A stretch of DNA of 58,346 nucleotides, the filler included, from Dugesia japonica (Eukaryota): NCBI GenBank assembly GCA_001938525.1. It is 5 parts of 5 records of this genome, joined end to end, with 100 filler letters (N's around TTAATTAATTAA, not from the genome) between each part and the next. Parts side by side here need not be neighbours in the genome. Positions count along the whole stretch, not along the records: positions 20,695 to 34,936 come from MQRL01527512.1; positions 35,037 to 46,538 come from MQRL01619939.1; 3 more parts are not named here. The stretch is one strand, 5' to 3'. Shown in pieces: positions 27,060 to 40,509 of this stretch. Each line of letters begins with the position of its first letter. The first letter of the stretch is position 1. The position numbers and the translations under genes are program-made. The notes under the pieces are model-generated. The model was not told the DNA's origin. It saw only the letters and a list, made by a program, of their open reading frames with translations, and made no database searches.

Positions 27060-28917
27060 CAACTTACAGATTTAATTTTAATCAAATAAATCTATAATAT
27101 AGATTAGCATTTTTAAGTAATGGGTCGCAAAAAATTGGACAGTTCACTTCGTTATAGAATCGAAGTATTTATCTATGTATTATGTTTTAATAAATACAAA
27201 TGTTGTGCACTTTTTAGATTTATTTTTAATTTTCTAAAATATTATCAGCAAGAATTTCTATTGTTTTCTAAAAATAATTTATCTTGAGTCGAGATGCTAA
27301 GTTTTGGTTTTTTAGGGGTCAAAAGATGGCTGAATTCATAAATAAATAAATTTTAATTTAAATTTAAGGACATTATAATACAAGCCCATTAAAATATGGG
27401 TAAAATATGGTTAAAATATGCTAAAGAAGGTCCAAAGATTCCATTAATATGGTCAAATTATGCTAAAAGATCTATTTTAGTTGTTAAAATATGGTAAAGG
27501 ATCCATAAAAATGGTCAAAATGTATTTAAAGATGGTTAAAAGATGGATGAAATTGTCTTATTTTTTTTAATTAATAGATGATATAAACAATAACTTTTTC
27601 TTTATATGAGCGATTTAAATTCTTACAGAGCATACCATAGTATCAAGTAGATTGCGCAATAATGGTGTGAATGCAACTAGTTATCGCCCAATATTTGTTG
27701 CTCAAAATCTTATTAACCTCATTAACCATTTATTGCGTGCTTGAGAACCTTTCATGCTAAATATAATAAATCAGTTATCGCCCACCCATGGCTGCTCGAG
27801 ATCTGATCGTTTATCGCATATTAAATATAGATAAATTTAATTCAAAGAAAATGAGTCATATGCATGATTTATTGAGCGAAAACTTATGAAAGAAATTTTT
27901 TCTTGAGCACTATTGCTTGAACTAAAACGCAAATGAATTGCTTTCATTAATTAAATTATTATTTCAAAAATCAATTTTTAAAAACCAATAATTAATTCAA
28001 TGGAAGTTAGCCAGTGTACTATATGCATGATTGATCGAGCGAGAACCTCTATGGCAGAAAGAATGTCATATGAAATATCGCTCGCGCAAAAATGCGGATG
28101 GTTCACTTTCATTGAATAAAATAATTATTTCAAAAAATTCTATTAACTAATTTAAAAATTGCAGCAAAATTAAAATTACAACAAAAATAATTAATTTAAA
28201 AATTTAATTTATTTAATAACACTTAAAAAATACATAACACCTAGTGTATAAACAGGTGTGGATTATTATGAATTAATTGATCGATCAAAAATAACTTATA
28301 AATAAATTGACAATCATTAGTGAAATTGCGGAATGCTCAGATATCTGTAAAAATAGTTATCTGTATAAAAGTATTGAAAACTTGAAAAGTATTGATGATT
28401 TACTTGTTAAGGAAGACGGTAAAAGTATATTAATTTTAGTGCCAATAAATTTTGCTAATGAATTATTAATACTAATAAGTCACGATCTATACCATAGTAA
28501 ATACATAGTAGCACATGTAAAAACCCTCTCCCAACCCAGGGTAAAAACCTTTCAAGGTCAAAGTGTTTACGTTCACTTGATTCTGATTGAAGGAAATTTT
28601 TTTCACGGTCAAAGAGTTTACTCGATTCTGATTGGTCAAATTTTATCAAGGTCAAAGTGCTCATTATACTCTATTCTGATTGGTTTATTATTTCTAGGTC
28701 GAATGAATGTAGATCATGATTAAATGAAATTAGGTCACCCATGGCAACTATCGTCCGGGCAGACTTAATATTAAAATTTTCCGGGAAAACTTCATAAATA
28801 AATTCCTTGCGCAGATTTAATATATTTTTTTTATTTGAAAAACATGTGTTACACTACTTATGAAAATAAAAAAATTTAAAACGAACATTTATTTGATAAC
28901 ATATAATTAACAGTCAA

Positions 28918-29560
28918 TATAATCAAATTTATCTGTTGATTTTTATAAAAAGTCCGCATCTTTAATTATCAGTATTTCTTCTTCTATCATTGGTTCATCT
29001 TCAACCGTTTGTTCATCGACCTTCAGCCTCTTCTTGAATATTTTCTAAGTTATTCATTTTTTAAATAATAAATTAATAAAAATTTCTTACCTATAGCTTC
29101 AGCAAATGTTTCTTTCTTCTCTTCTACCTTCAATTCTCCATTTTGTTGATTTTCATAGGAAAAATTTATATGAATATATTCAACCATTGTTGCAACTTCA
29201 TCTTCTTTGTTTAACTTGCATTTTTATTGCGCGCCTGCATTATTCATGCTCTTTGTACACTTGCATTCATGTTGTCACGTCTTTGTTTAACTTGCATTCA
29301 TGTTGCACAAGTATGACTCACGCTCGTGGTTCTAGTTGCTCTCGTGTTGCAATGTCTTTGTTTAACTTGCATTCAAGTTGCACATGCTTGACTCATAATT
29401 TTTGATGACTTGAATCTGTATTGACTTTTTTTTATTTCTGTTTCTTCATCTATCTTATAATTTTGAGTCCCCATGAGGAATGATTTACTCTCAAACAATA
29501 TTTGTGGTCCTTAAGAAGACTGGTACACGTTCACATATATACATTTTTCTTCTTTTTCCT
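28918..29560 (-). pseudogene. Decayed intron-containing gene with a CxxC-like motif and internal repeats, downstream of pPolB
   Basis: A GT-AG intron at 29090-29045 (46 bp), YICER..LLKDHKYC, and three copies of tgcaagttaaacaaaga. A polyA signal follows downstream. Confidence 0.4.
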
Positions 29561-29664
29561 ATATATAAAAATTAAAATATCATGTAAAATAAAATAAAGT
29601 CATATTTTGAGGTAGATTGCATTGAGCGTGATTGAGTTGGATTGATCTTGATTGAGGAAAAGTA

Positions 29665-32600
29665 TTACAGTAAATAATGCTCGTATAGTAAGCTTAAACT
29701 TTTCTCTGTTCATACTTGCTTATCATCCTTGTTAGACAGAGCTATCTATTTATTCTTAATACTGTAGAGCTGATGATTTTTCGATGTTATTCGAAATTGC
29801 TCTACTGAGACCATTTCATTATTATTATNACAATCAAGGTATGACTGATGACAAATGTCAGTACTTTTTAATGTTATGCCCTTAGCTTTTATTTATTCTT
29901 TATAGCTAAGTAGGCTATAACATTTTGGTCTCAAAAATATCTATTCTTGATATTTCTCCTATTCGTTCTCATCCTTGAACTTTCCAATGACTGAATTTAA
30001 ACTGTTGCTGCAGAGAAAATGGCTTATGTTGTAATTTGACGTATCTAATAGCTGATCCTTCTTCATTAATCTGATCAGTTTTTCCAAACTTATGTCTACC
30101 ACTTCTAAGAAAAAACTATCGGTATCACCGGCTTCTATATTTATCTTACAATTCTCTTCCTGTCTGTACTTTTCCAACTCAATGTACTGTAATCGGTACA
30201 TTCTTAACTTGCTTAAGTCAAGTACAGTTTGTCAGATGTAACTCGGTAGATCCAAACAAACAATATCTTTGTTCAACCAAAGAGCTGTTAAATCATCATC
30301 AATTTTAGTTGTTTTCTGAATCCAGATTTTATTGTATATGTCATCAATTTTTAAGCTGAATTACACAATTACACTGATTCCAAATTCAGTATATACCCAC
30401 TCAAAATTGGCATAGAGAAATTTCTGAGCTAATGCCCATTCTTATAGATTATTGATGTTGATGTATAATAAATTCATGTTTTCGTTACTAACAACATGGT
30501 GTTTATTTACAAATGTTAGCCCACATCGTATACCCCCTTCAAAAAAGGTATAAATATCCTTATCAGTCAACAGTTCAATTGGCTTTTTTAATGATATCAA
30601 TGCAGATGCTCAACTCATACTCGGAATGTCAAAGAATGTTAATGGCTCCAAATTATTATGTGCCAATGATTTTGCCTGAATTGTTGAAATAAATCGGCTA
30701 ACAAAAGTAAATCTAGTTCCAAATATACTAGCATATAATCTAATATATTGTTGCATCCTGTTATAGTCCACATTTCCAATGCTTTTTGAAAATCTTGCTC
30801 ACTTACTTTCTCGCATCTTTGTGGCATTGTTGTTGTTTCAACCAGAACTTGCAAACTGGTTGCATAATTATAAGGAAATATCCTCTTTGACATTGTTACT
30901 CTGCTATCTCTAAATTTATTTGTTGTCAAAGGTGTCTCTTTTAAGGATTCGACTGCTGCATCTAATGAAGAGTTAATAAATTGGTACGAGTCAATAAATT
31001 TGATTGTGATTTATTTCAGATGTCCAGTGAGGCAAAGCAATTTTTCTGATGTTTTTGGTATGCAAGATATAATCCAATGCGAAAATTTATTTAATCCGTA
31101 CTTTAATGTATGGTAAAGGTCATATCCTTCCAAATTATGGAAGACTTCTGGTAATTGATAATTGATTCTTTGCTTAAATTACATTAATTACAAGCCGCTC
31201 CTATATACTTAACTGTAAAATGATCATGATTCCGAACTGGATTACTTAAAGATTATTTGCACAAATGACATATTGTACTATGTTTAAATTCTATTTCTTG
31301 GTCCGGGTTCATAATTCGTTTCTTTTTTTTCTTCTTTAATATAATATGGGTATACTATATCATAACCGATTTCCTCCACTGTCTTTAGGAATTCATGTAC
31401 GCATTCATTTCCAAAAAACTGACTGTATTTGACTTCATTAGTAAAATTATTTACCAACAACTGTCCAGCTGAAACAGGTAAATGTTTCTGGGAATGCTTT
31501 TCATCGCTTGGTAATACTGATTCGAAATCAGCATATTTAACAAAGGGTGGAGTTATAGTTTTGGAGAAATCTTGATATTCTAGATTCTTTTCTGTTGGCA
31601 TCTTGTATAATGTGGTGCCCTTCAGAATTTTCTCACAAATTGGCTCACGAGTCTTGTAAGCCGTATTATCCCTAAATCCGTTAAGACAATTTTTGCATCA
31701 GATTGATTGATCTCGAACACCATCCTTTTTAATCTCATCCTTTTTCATCAATCTATTCAAATTCTTTACTGTAGTGTAATAAAATTTGTTGGCATCTTCC
31801 AATAACAATAAATTGATATTTTCTCCATCGCATTTAGACCGATTTATAATGTCAAATTCGGATGCTTCATGATGACATCATCATCGTCCTCCATTGATTG
31901 TGAATTCCACGAGAAAGCATTAATTGATAAGTCTTGGTTTTTCTTTTCGAACTTTGGAATATCTGAAAGTTTCATAAGTATGTCTCTTTTATCAAAGACT
32001 TGTATTCTTTATATTTTGCAGCTCAATATCTATTATATTCTCCAACTTGTTTCTTTTTGATAATTGCTAGGATACTATATATGAAACACTTATTTTCCTT
32101 GTTTTTAACGTTAACAGCAGCCATTTTCTTTTTCAAGTTTTTTGGTGTTGGAATGTAGCTATGACCAGATAGCCTGCTAATGTCTGTTATCTTTGTGATC
32201 CTAAACTTTATTTCTAGTATGCGGCTAAGTATCCAAATAGATCCGAGCTCGCGTTGTATAGCTATCTTCTCATGTAACTGTTCCATTTCATCTTTGAAAA
32301 AAGAATCTCTATGGAACAGCTCAATTGAATAATCTACAAGTTTTTGTTTCTTCGTCTTTCTCGAATTCAACATTTATCCAAAATTGGATCTTAGCATTTT
32401 TTAATTCTTCAATAATAACTGCTCAATCAAGGAGTTTGGTAAAACGATTTCTCTCGTATTCCACCTTGAAACATTAATTTTTATTATCTGGTGACATTTA
32501 TATAAGCCACTTTCTATTATCACTTGTTCATTGAGAGAGGCACCAACTTGTGATTCTTTTTCATCCATACAACTTTGCATGACAATATCTTCTTCTCCAT

Positions 32601-32950
32601 TTCATCTATGATTTGAAAGTCGGACCAATCATCGTCAATTATCTGAGATTCCATCTTCATTTCTCCATCTGCGATAACATATTCTTTTGATTTTTTCGTT
32701 GGTGAACCATCTATCTCTTTATCTATTATCCTCCTTAATAATTGTTTCTTATTTATTTTAAACTGTCCTTAATGTTCTGCATGCAACATATAAAAGTCTA
32801 AATATTCACCTATTTCTATAGATTTACATGATGGACATATGTAATACTTTTCCTCATAAAAAGATTGTGCATAGTATCTCTCATTAATACTATAACAGTC
32901 GCCTTTATGAGTACGATTTGCACAATAATGTTTGTACATTGTACAACATT
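29665..32950 (-). pseudogene. Polinton/Maverick protein-primed DNA polymerase B (pPolB), decayed
   Basis: Motifs in order: SYIPTPKNLKKKMAAVNVKNKENKCFIYSILA; PPFVKYADFES; VRNHDHFT..YIGAAC..CNL (endonuclease VII-like); FHNLEGYD; FPYNY; YLELDLLLLADLFQQFR; GIRCG...NNL.EWAL; LDLSKLRMY; GDTDSF; IGKFKDE; LRPKCY; IALSNKDDK. Many stops and frameshifts. Confidence 0.9.
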
Positions 32951-33099
32951 CTGGAAAAAATAAGTTTTATACATTTTACAAAATTTCATTTAAAAATTAA
33001 CATAAAATAAATAATAAAATAAAAAACTTTTAACAGAAGCATCATATTTCTAAAATAAATAATGTAAACAACTATAAAGTGTTGATAATAAATTTACTT

Positions 33100-33410
33100 T
33101 AATTAAACTCTTGATCTTGATACCTCTTCTACCTTGATTTGAATTATTATAATACTAAAATAAAATTAATAATAATTAAATAATAAAAATAAATTTACAT
33201 TATCCATCATTAAACTTGTCGAATTCATATTTCGTTTATCGTTTATATTGTTTATAACCTGAAAAAAATTAATTAACAATAAGGAAAATCATTAATTTCC
33301 CTTTTCTTCGCTCAACAATGTTCTCAATATGCTTTGATTGTTCATAATCTAAAAAATATATAAGGGAAATATAAAATATAACAAACTTACTTATCGAAAT
33401 TGTCGCTTTT
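33100..33410 (-). other. Micro-exon cluster upstream of pPolB
   Basis: Repeated gtaa...ttttag/ttttcag short introns separate purine-rich mini-exons. Confidence 0.4.
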
Positions 33411-33477
33411 AAAAATAGTTTTAACAAAAAATTGAGAAAAATTTTAAAAAGTAGCTACTTTTATAATGCTAAAATAA

Positions 33478-33665
33478 TTTTCTATCCCCTTTATATGTGT
33501 GTATCATATATTTTCTACCCCCCTTATATGTGTGTATCATATATTTTCTATCCCCTTTATATGTGTGTATCATATATTTTCTATCCCCTTTATATGTGTG
33601 TATCATATATTTTCTATCCCCATTAAAGTAATAAACTTTTCTATCCCCTATGTAAGTGTGTATCC
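33478..33665. repeat. 33-bp tandem repeat (ttttctatcccctttatatgtgtgtatcatata)
   Basis: Four near-perfect units plus degenerate copies. These produce the 11-aa repeat ORFs in the track. Confidence 0.95.
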
Positions 33666-34936
33666 AGAAATTTTAAAATACATCAGCTTAATATATTTTA
33701 AAATACCTCAACGTAGTATATTAAGTTGTAGCAAGAAATATTTTTAAAAAATAATTTTAAAGTACTACAATGTAGTATATTGTTGCATTTACTTAATTAT
33801 TAGTCATGAAAGTGACAAAGACATGTTTTTTATTAAGGTCAATTAACTGGTTTATATTTTAATTGTTGAGGTACAGTTGTCCACAATTGTAACACACAAA
33901 ACACAGCATGCACAACACACAAACATAACATCACATTAATCCTCAATCAGTTCGTCAAATGCAATTAGATCATTCAAATCCTCAATCAGTTCACAAAGTA
34001 CAATTCAATCATCCAAAGGAATAATTATGAACATTCATTTTTCAATTTTTTTTATGACATTACTTACTTCGATTATTTTATTTTCATGAATTATACAGTG
34101 TTTACTATTTTTTATTGTGTTTCAATTATTTGTTTTGTACAGTTTTTAATTTTATGCTGAAATTTATTGATTTTGTTTTAATTGGTAAAATTGTTAATAG
34201 TCTGAATTTATTATTGAACATTATTTTTATGCTGAAATTTCTTAAGTTTGTTTTATTATGTAAAATATTTTTATTAATAATCTGAATTTATTTTAAAAAA
34301 TTATTGTGCAGTAGCTAGTAGGTGTATGAAACCCATAGCGTGAAATCAGTATAAATACTGATTAGTTTTAGTTGTCAATCAGACTTTTCTCATTTGCAGA
34401 AACTCTGACCTCTACGGGAAGCAGTATTCTGTCAAATTAAATTAAGCTGATAAGTTGTGAATAGATAAGCATATTTGTGTATACACCGACAATAAAAAGG
34501 GTACTTTTCAAGTGTTTATTTGTTTATTTATATAAGGGGATTTACACCATATAACTCTATTTACATCATCAAATATTGATTATATAATATAGTATTGACA
34601 TATACACAGGGATAAAATCAACTCCCATAAAATCACGAACCAATTATCTATTTTTATAATTAGCATAAATTACGAGCCATAAAATGTTTTGTTGAGTTGA
34701 AATACCCAACATAATGAATTTAACAAATTTAACTATTTTTAAATTAAATAAAAATAAATCAAATATTTTCATATAATACATTTATTTCTATACAAAATAT
34801 CCATCTTCAACTACAATGTTGATTATTTTTCACATAAAATGTTGAATTTTAATTCACAAAATACAATGTTGACCACAGGTTGTTGTAAAAGGATTTTGAA
34901 ATCTAATTTTGTTATATTCAATTGACTTTGATATTT

Positions 34937-35036
34937 NNNNNNNNNNNNNNNNNNNNNNNNNNNNNNNNNNNNNNNNNNNNTTAATTAATTAANNNNNNNN
35001 NNNNNNNNNNNNNNNNNNNNNNNNNNNNNNNNNNNN
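34937..35036. other. Artificial contig spacer
   Basis: 44N-TTAATTAATTAA-44N. Confidence 0.95.
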
Positions 35037-35305
35037 TTATCTCCAAGATCTCCAGCTACTCCTCCTCGTTTTTTTCAGTCTTTTACACACACACACAAAC
35101 ACAACTTGACTTACTTTTTAAAAATCACCTTAACAACCTAAACACAAAGATAATTTAAAATTTAAAAATACACACACACCTTCAGGATAAAAAAAAACTA
35201 ATCAGATCAAAAAAAATTTGATCCGATCAAAGACTTTTTGATCCCAAAAATCTTAGAAAAATCAATTTTAAAAAAGCGCAGCTTAAGCGTAATGTGTTTC
35301 TGAGC
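35037..35305. repeat. Inverted copy of the outer end of the foldback-like element (38620-38832)
   Basis: ccaagatctccagct..ctcctcg, cttactttttaaaaa and aatgtgtttctgagc are reverse complements of sequence in 38620-38832. Confidence 0.8.
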
Positions 35306-36849
35306 CCCCCGGGAGGGGGAGGGGAAGGGTGGCTCGATTACTGCTTAAAAATAATTGTGCCTGAATTTTGGCTCATTGCCAAATTGTGCCCGTGTGTCAC
35401 TGTCTATCTACTATTGAAGTGAGGTCTTTGAAAATATGTAGTAAAAATATGCAATAAAACCCAATTGAAAATAGAGAAAATGAGGCTAAATAATTTAAAT
35501 ATAGCTAAATAATAATAAATGACTGGAAATGGTTAAAAATAAGGGGAATATAGCTAAATATGTCTAAGTAAGAGTAAATCAGGCGGATATGGGTAAATGT
35601 TGGTAAATGACTAAAATTATGGCAAAATATGGTAAAAGGTGACAAATTGTGTATAAATTAAACATGTTAAATGACTATGTATATAATAAATGCAGTATAA
35701 TTAGTGACTAAATGTAATATTAAATATTTTCTATGTTAATATTAATACTCATATTTGTTAATGGTAAAACTTGTATTTTCTATGATTAGTCCATTATTTT
35801 ACAATAGTGAAACATATATTTTCAAAAACAATAAAGTACAATAAGGTATAAGTTATAGTTAAAATATTGCTTTTACTGACTGATAATTTAGTATTTAAAA
35901 GATAAATAAACCCATGAAACCCAAAGTGCACACAGGTTTGCCAAGGTGCTCGCAAGGAATCAGGAAGGAAGAATGAAGGTAAAATCTGAAGGAATTTATT
36001 GAAAGAAATACCTATTTGTCACAAGCATCTATTTATGAAAAGCTTAAATTTTCACTTCTTATTTAAAATGTCTAAATTTATTGTATTTNNNNNNNNNNNN
36101 NNNNNNNNNNNNNNNNNNNNNNNNNNNNNNNNNNNNNNNNNNNNNNNNNNNNNNNNNNNNNNNNNNNNNNNNNNNNNNNNNNNNNNNNNNNNNNNNNNNN
36201 NNNNNNNNNNNNNNNNNNNNNNNNNAAAATTTTCAAAACCTAATAAATTTGCTAATATAATTTTAATTTAACCATAAAGATATATACATGGAATCTAATC
36301 TATTTTCAAAATTACCTTATAAAATTTATTTAAAACCTAATTCAATTTCCCAACACAAGCATAGTTTTAATTAAATTTCACATTGAAAATAAATTGATTC
36401 ATCATACTTAATTTATTTAATCAATATTATTTGCAATATATTCCATGAAAAGTTACAAATAATTTGATTGATTTGCAGAGTTCTGAGGTCAGAGCACTTG
36501 TGCAAATAGTTCTGATAACTGAAGAAAGATGAAGAATAAAATTTCATCTAAAATTTGACCTTACCGAATAAATTATCATCCTATTTTTATATTCATTGAG
36601 GAATCCTAAATTAAGTACTTGTTTTTTCAATATAACTTTTTATTTATACAGTTTGGTGATTTTAGGTTAATATATTTGTAATCAGTGTAAAATTATCTAT
36701 CAAATAAACTGGTTTCTAATTAATTATTGAGAAATAAAATTTTTAACTTTTTTCAAAGTAATGTAATTTCACAAATTTCTACCGTATATATTCTTGATCA
36801 GTAAAAATTCTCTATCTAATTATACTTGAATCATTAAATTTGGATGAAA

Positions 36850-37720
36850 AGTATACAGAATAACTTTTTATTTGTGTCGATTAAGCCTTATCGTGATTTT
36901 TGGCTATGTTTTTTCGAATTTTCTTTCTAAACATTAAGTTTGATGATTTTAGGTGATGATTTTCTTGATCAGTAATACATTTTCTATCGAAAAATGTATG
37001 TTTCGTTACAATTTAAGAAGAAAAAACTTTCAAAAATTGACAAAACATCTTGGGTTTATCCCAATTTCTTTATTCCCAGACAAGATTTGTTGATTTCTAA
37101 CTAGATCAGTCTTAATTAGCGTAAACGTTTCTATTTAATAGACTACGTTATAATTAGATTTCAGTTACCCTTCTTAAAATCCATAATTTCCTCCCGGATT
37201 CCCAAAATGAAGTACATGTTTTTTCTATATAACCTTTTATCTATAAGGTTTGACGGTTTTAAGTTTACATATTAAGCATCAGTGAAGGATAGATTCCTTT
37301 TTGACCAATTTTGAGATACTTTTTATTTTTTCGAAAAAGTTACGAAATCCGGAAGAATAGCTGTATATCTTCGTTATGAAGCAATTAGACCGAGACGATA
37401 TTTTAACTTTGTATAGTCACTATTTTTCCTGAGCAAAATAATACCAAATTTGAAAAAATACGAGTTATGTACGCAGAGAAAACCAAGCACCAAAAATCAA
37501 AATTTGAGATTTTTCACTACAAAACCACATTTATTTCCTCCCGAATAAACTTTGGCGATTTTAAATTTATATATTTGAATTCATCGGAAAATTCTCTATC
37601 TAATAAAAATGTTTATTTTATGTAAAGATGAAAAATAATCATTGATGCCAAAATCTCGACAAAAAACATTTTCTAAAATTTTTGAAATTTCAGATGTTCT
37701 CCCAGATTCCCATAAAAATT
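36850..37720. repeat. Dispersed repeat related to the element at 640-960 (inverted)
   Basis: 37150-37370 (agttaccc...cataatttcctcccgga..aaaatgaagtacatgttttttcta...tttgaccaattttgagata) is the reverse complement of ~660-880. The outer boundaries are approximate. Confidence 0.7.
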
Positions 37721-40509
37721 TGATAAAAAAATTATAAAAATCTGAAAATTTAAACAAAAATACTCTAATTTCACCAATTTACCACAAAAAGATAAAATAA
37801 TGTGTTAAAATATATTCTGCGCATATTTTAATAAAGGTCTGAACATCTGCTTGATTTTAAATTGATTTTAATACTTTTTATTATTTTGATTCCAGGTTCG
37901 CTGCACCAAATTTGTTTGGTATTTCTACTCAAAAAGTTATTTTATGGTTTGTATTTAAAACTATTAACTGAAAAATATGTTTATGAATTTATGTGTGATG
38001 ATTTTTTATATTGTATTTTGCTAAAAATATTAAATAAAATATATCGGTTAATCAAAACTTATAGATAGTGTAATATGTGTTGATCTTTCATTATATAAAT
38101 AAGTAAAAGAATTACCCTTGAAAACTTTTATTTTTGGTATATACAAATATTACAAAGTTCAATTCTTAAACCTTATTAGCTCATTTTACATCAAACTGGA
38201 GCTGCTTCCCACAAAGGTCAGAGTCCAGATGACCAAATTTCACTAAAAAAATAATTAAAACAGATCAGTATATATACTGATTCTGATCAACACCAATATA
38301 TAATCATTTACATAATCGCGGTCAGTTTTTCTTTAGAAATCATAGTTATTTACTTAAAAATAAAATATTTGACATTATTATTGAGGTAAAATTACTTAAA
38401 TATTTACATAAAATAGATAACATAATTAAAAAATAAAAATATTAAAAGATAATTAAAAATATAAAATACTTGCAGTTATTTTTCAGATAAATTAAATCCG
38501 GCTAACACAAAATTTTCAATAATTGAGATTACATAAATAACATAAATAAGTGTCTGTGAATTAATGTTAATCAATTATGAACTATTACACTGGCTAAAAG
38601 GGTGTAGCCGAAGGGCGTAGCTCAGAAACACATTAATATTGTGCTATGATTTCTGGTTAGTATTTTATTAAAATATTTTTGATCAGATCAATTTTTTTTG
38701 ATCGGTTCAGTTTTTTTTGATCCTGTGGTTGTGTGTGTAAGTTGTTAAGGGCTTTTTTAAAAAGTAAGTAAAGTTGAGTTTGTGTGTCTGTGAAGGACTG
38801 GTTTTGGACTCGAGGAGGAGCTGGAGATCTAGGAAATTATTATTTTAAAGCTTTTAAGATTTGTTTGTTGTTGGACCGATATTCAGTCTATACATTGTTT
38901 AAAGGACTTATGGTGCGGGATGGATAGTTTTTGCTAGAAGGGTAAGGGCTCCACGGCTCAGTTGTATGAGTTATCGTGGCGTGTTTTTGAGAGGTTGTAG
39001 GTTTGTAGGGGGTTATTGGATTTGAATGGTAGATAGGTTGTTAGAAAGGTAATGTGATGGAGAAGATTTTGTTTGTCGAATGTGCTTAGAATTTTTATTT
39101 AAAGAGCTTTAATTTAATTGGTTGATTTTTGTAAGTAGTATAAGTATGTTAAAAAAAATTCGGGGCGGGGAGAGTGGTTTGTCTTGAAAGAGAATTAATT
39201 ATCAAATTTTATAATAATTATTTGAAATTTTTCTGTTAGGTATGTATGACGTAATAATCTTTTGAAATCTTTATTTTGGTTAAAAATGCTGTAATCTGAT
39301 AAATTGATGAATTTATTGAAAGTAATGGCATTTTTGAGTATTTGATGTATTTGAGTATTTTTTGAGTATTTTTGATTGGGAAGTGTCTGTTTTCATATTT
39401 TTCGAACAGGGAAAAGGGGAGTCTTGTTATTTGTTGTTCGGAAATTGACAAATTTTGTTGGCGGGAAATTTAAAATTTTTTTTGAGCAGACTTTTAATTT
39501 ATGTATGAGATGCAGCAGTCTTGATATTTAGCATGTGGGGTTTCTATGTTTAGTAACAGGGAGTTTCAACAAATAGCATTGTATGGAGCAGTCTTGATAT
39601 TCCATATGGGGCAGTCTCTATATTTCGCATGGTATGGACAGTCTTGATATTTATGAATAGTATGGGCAGTCTGTATATTTTACATGGTATGGGACAGACT
39701 TGATATTTTGTAAGAGATAGGATAGTCTGGATTGAAGCATTATTAATTATTTCTTTTATATTTTACTTTAGATGACTCAGTATTGATATTTTTGCAGGAT
39801 ATTGGGTAGTCTTGGTATTTTTAAGAGATTGAGGCATTATTGATTATTTTTCTTTATATTTTGCTTTAGATGAGACAGTCTTGATAATTTGCAAGGGATG
39901 CTACAGTCTAAATTCTTTAGACATGGTATTTTCAGTGTATGTGTGTTGCATTCTCATGGCATATGAGTTGCATACCAATTACATTAAAAATTTATTTAAA
40001 AAAATCAATAAAATTTCAAAATAATAGCTATGTTGAGTTTTAAAAATCAAAATGGCGGTTATGTTAAGTTTTGAAAATTTCTTTTGTCAGATCATTCCTC
40101 ATGTGCATAAAAATAATTAGCGAGTACTAGTACAAGACGTATTATAGTTTCACATTTGTTCATGAATATTTGATATGGAATCGAAATCCAACAGTTGACT
40201 ATCCTTGATAATTTATACAAATTTATTGAAACTCTCATATTTACGACAATTCTTAGTGATTGTAATTGTAAATGTTTTATATCATAGGGTTCAATTCATG
40301 TGGTTCCAATAGTTTCTTACAACTCATTATTCTACATTTTCCTGATTGGAAGTAAATAATTGTAAATTTATCACTTTTGACTTTAAATTGACATGGTTTG
40401 TCTATAGAAAAGCTCATTGGGGTTTTGATGGTATTAATTTAATTGATTCATTAAAACAAATAAATAAAATGTAATAAATTAATTAAAACTAAGATAATCA
40501 AATGATAAT

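Noticed and set aside
33432-33747. Repeat ORFs or a CRISPR-like array
   Set aside because: This is a pure 33-bp tandem repeat with no unique spacers, in a eukaryotic context with no cas genes.
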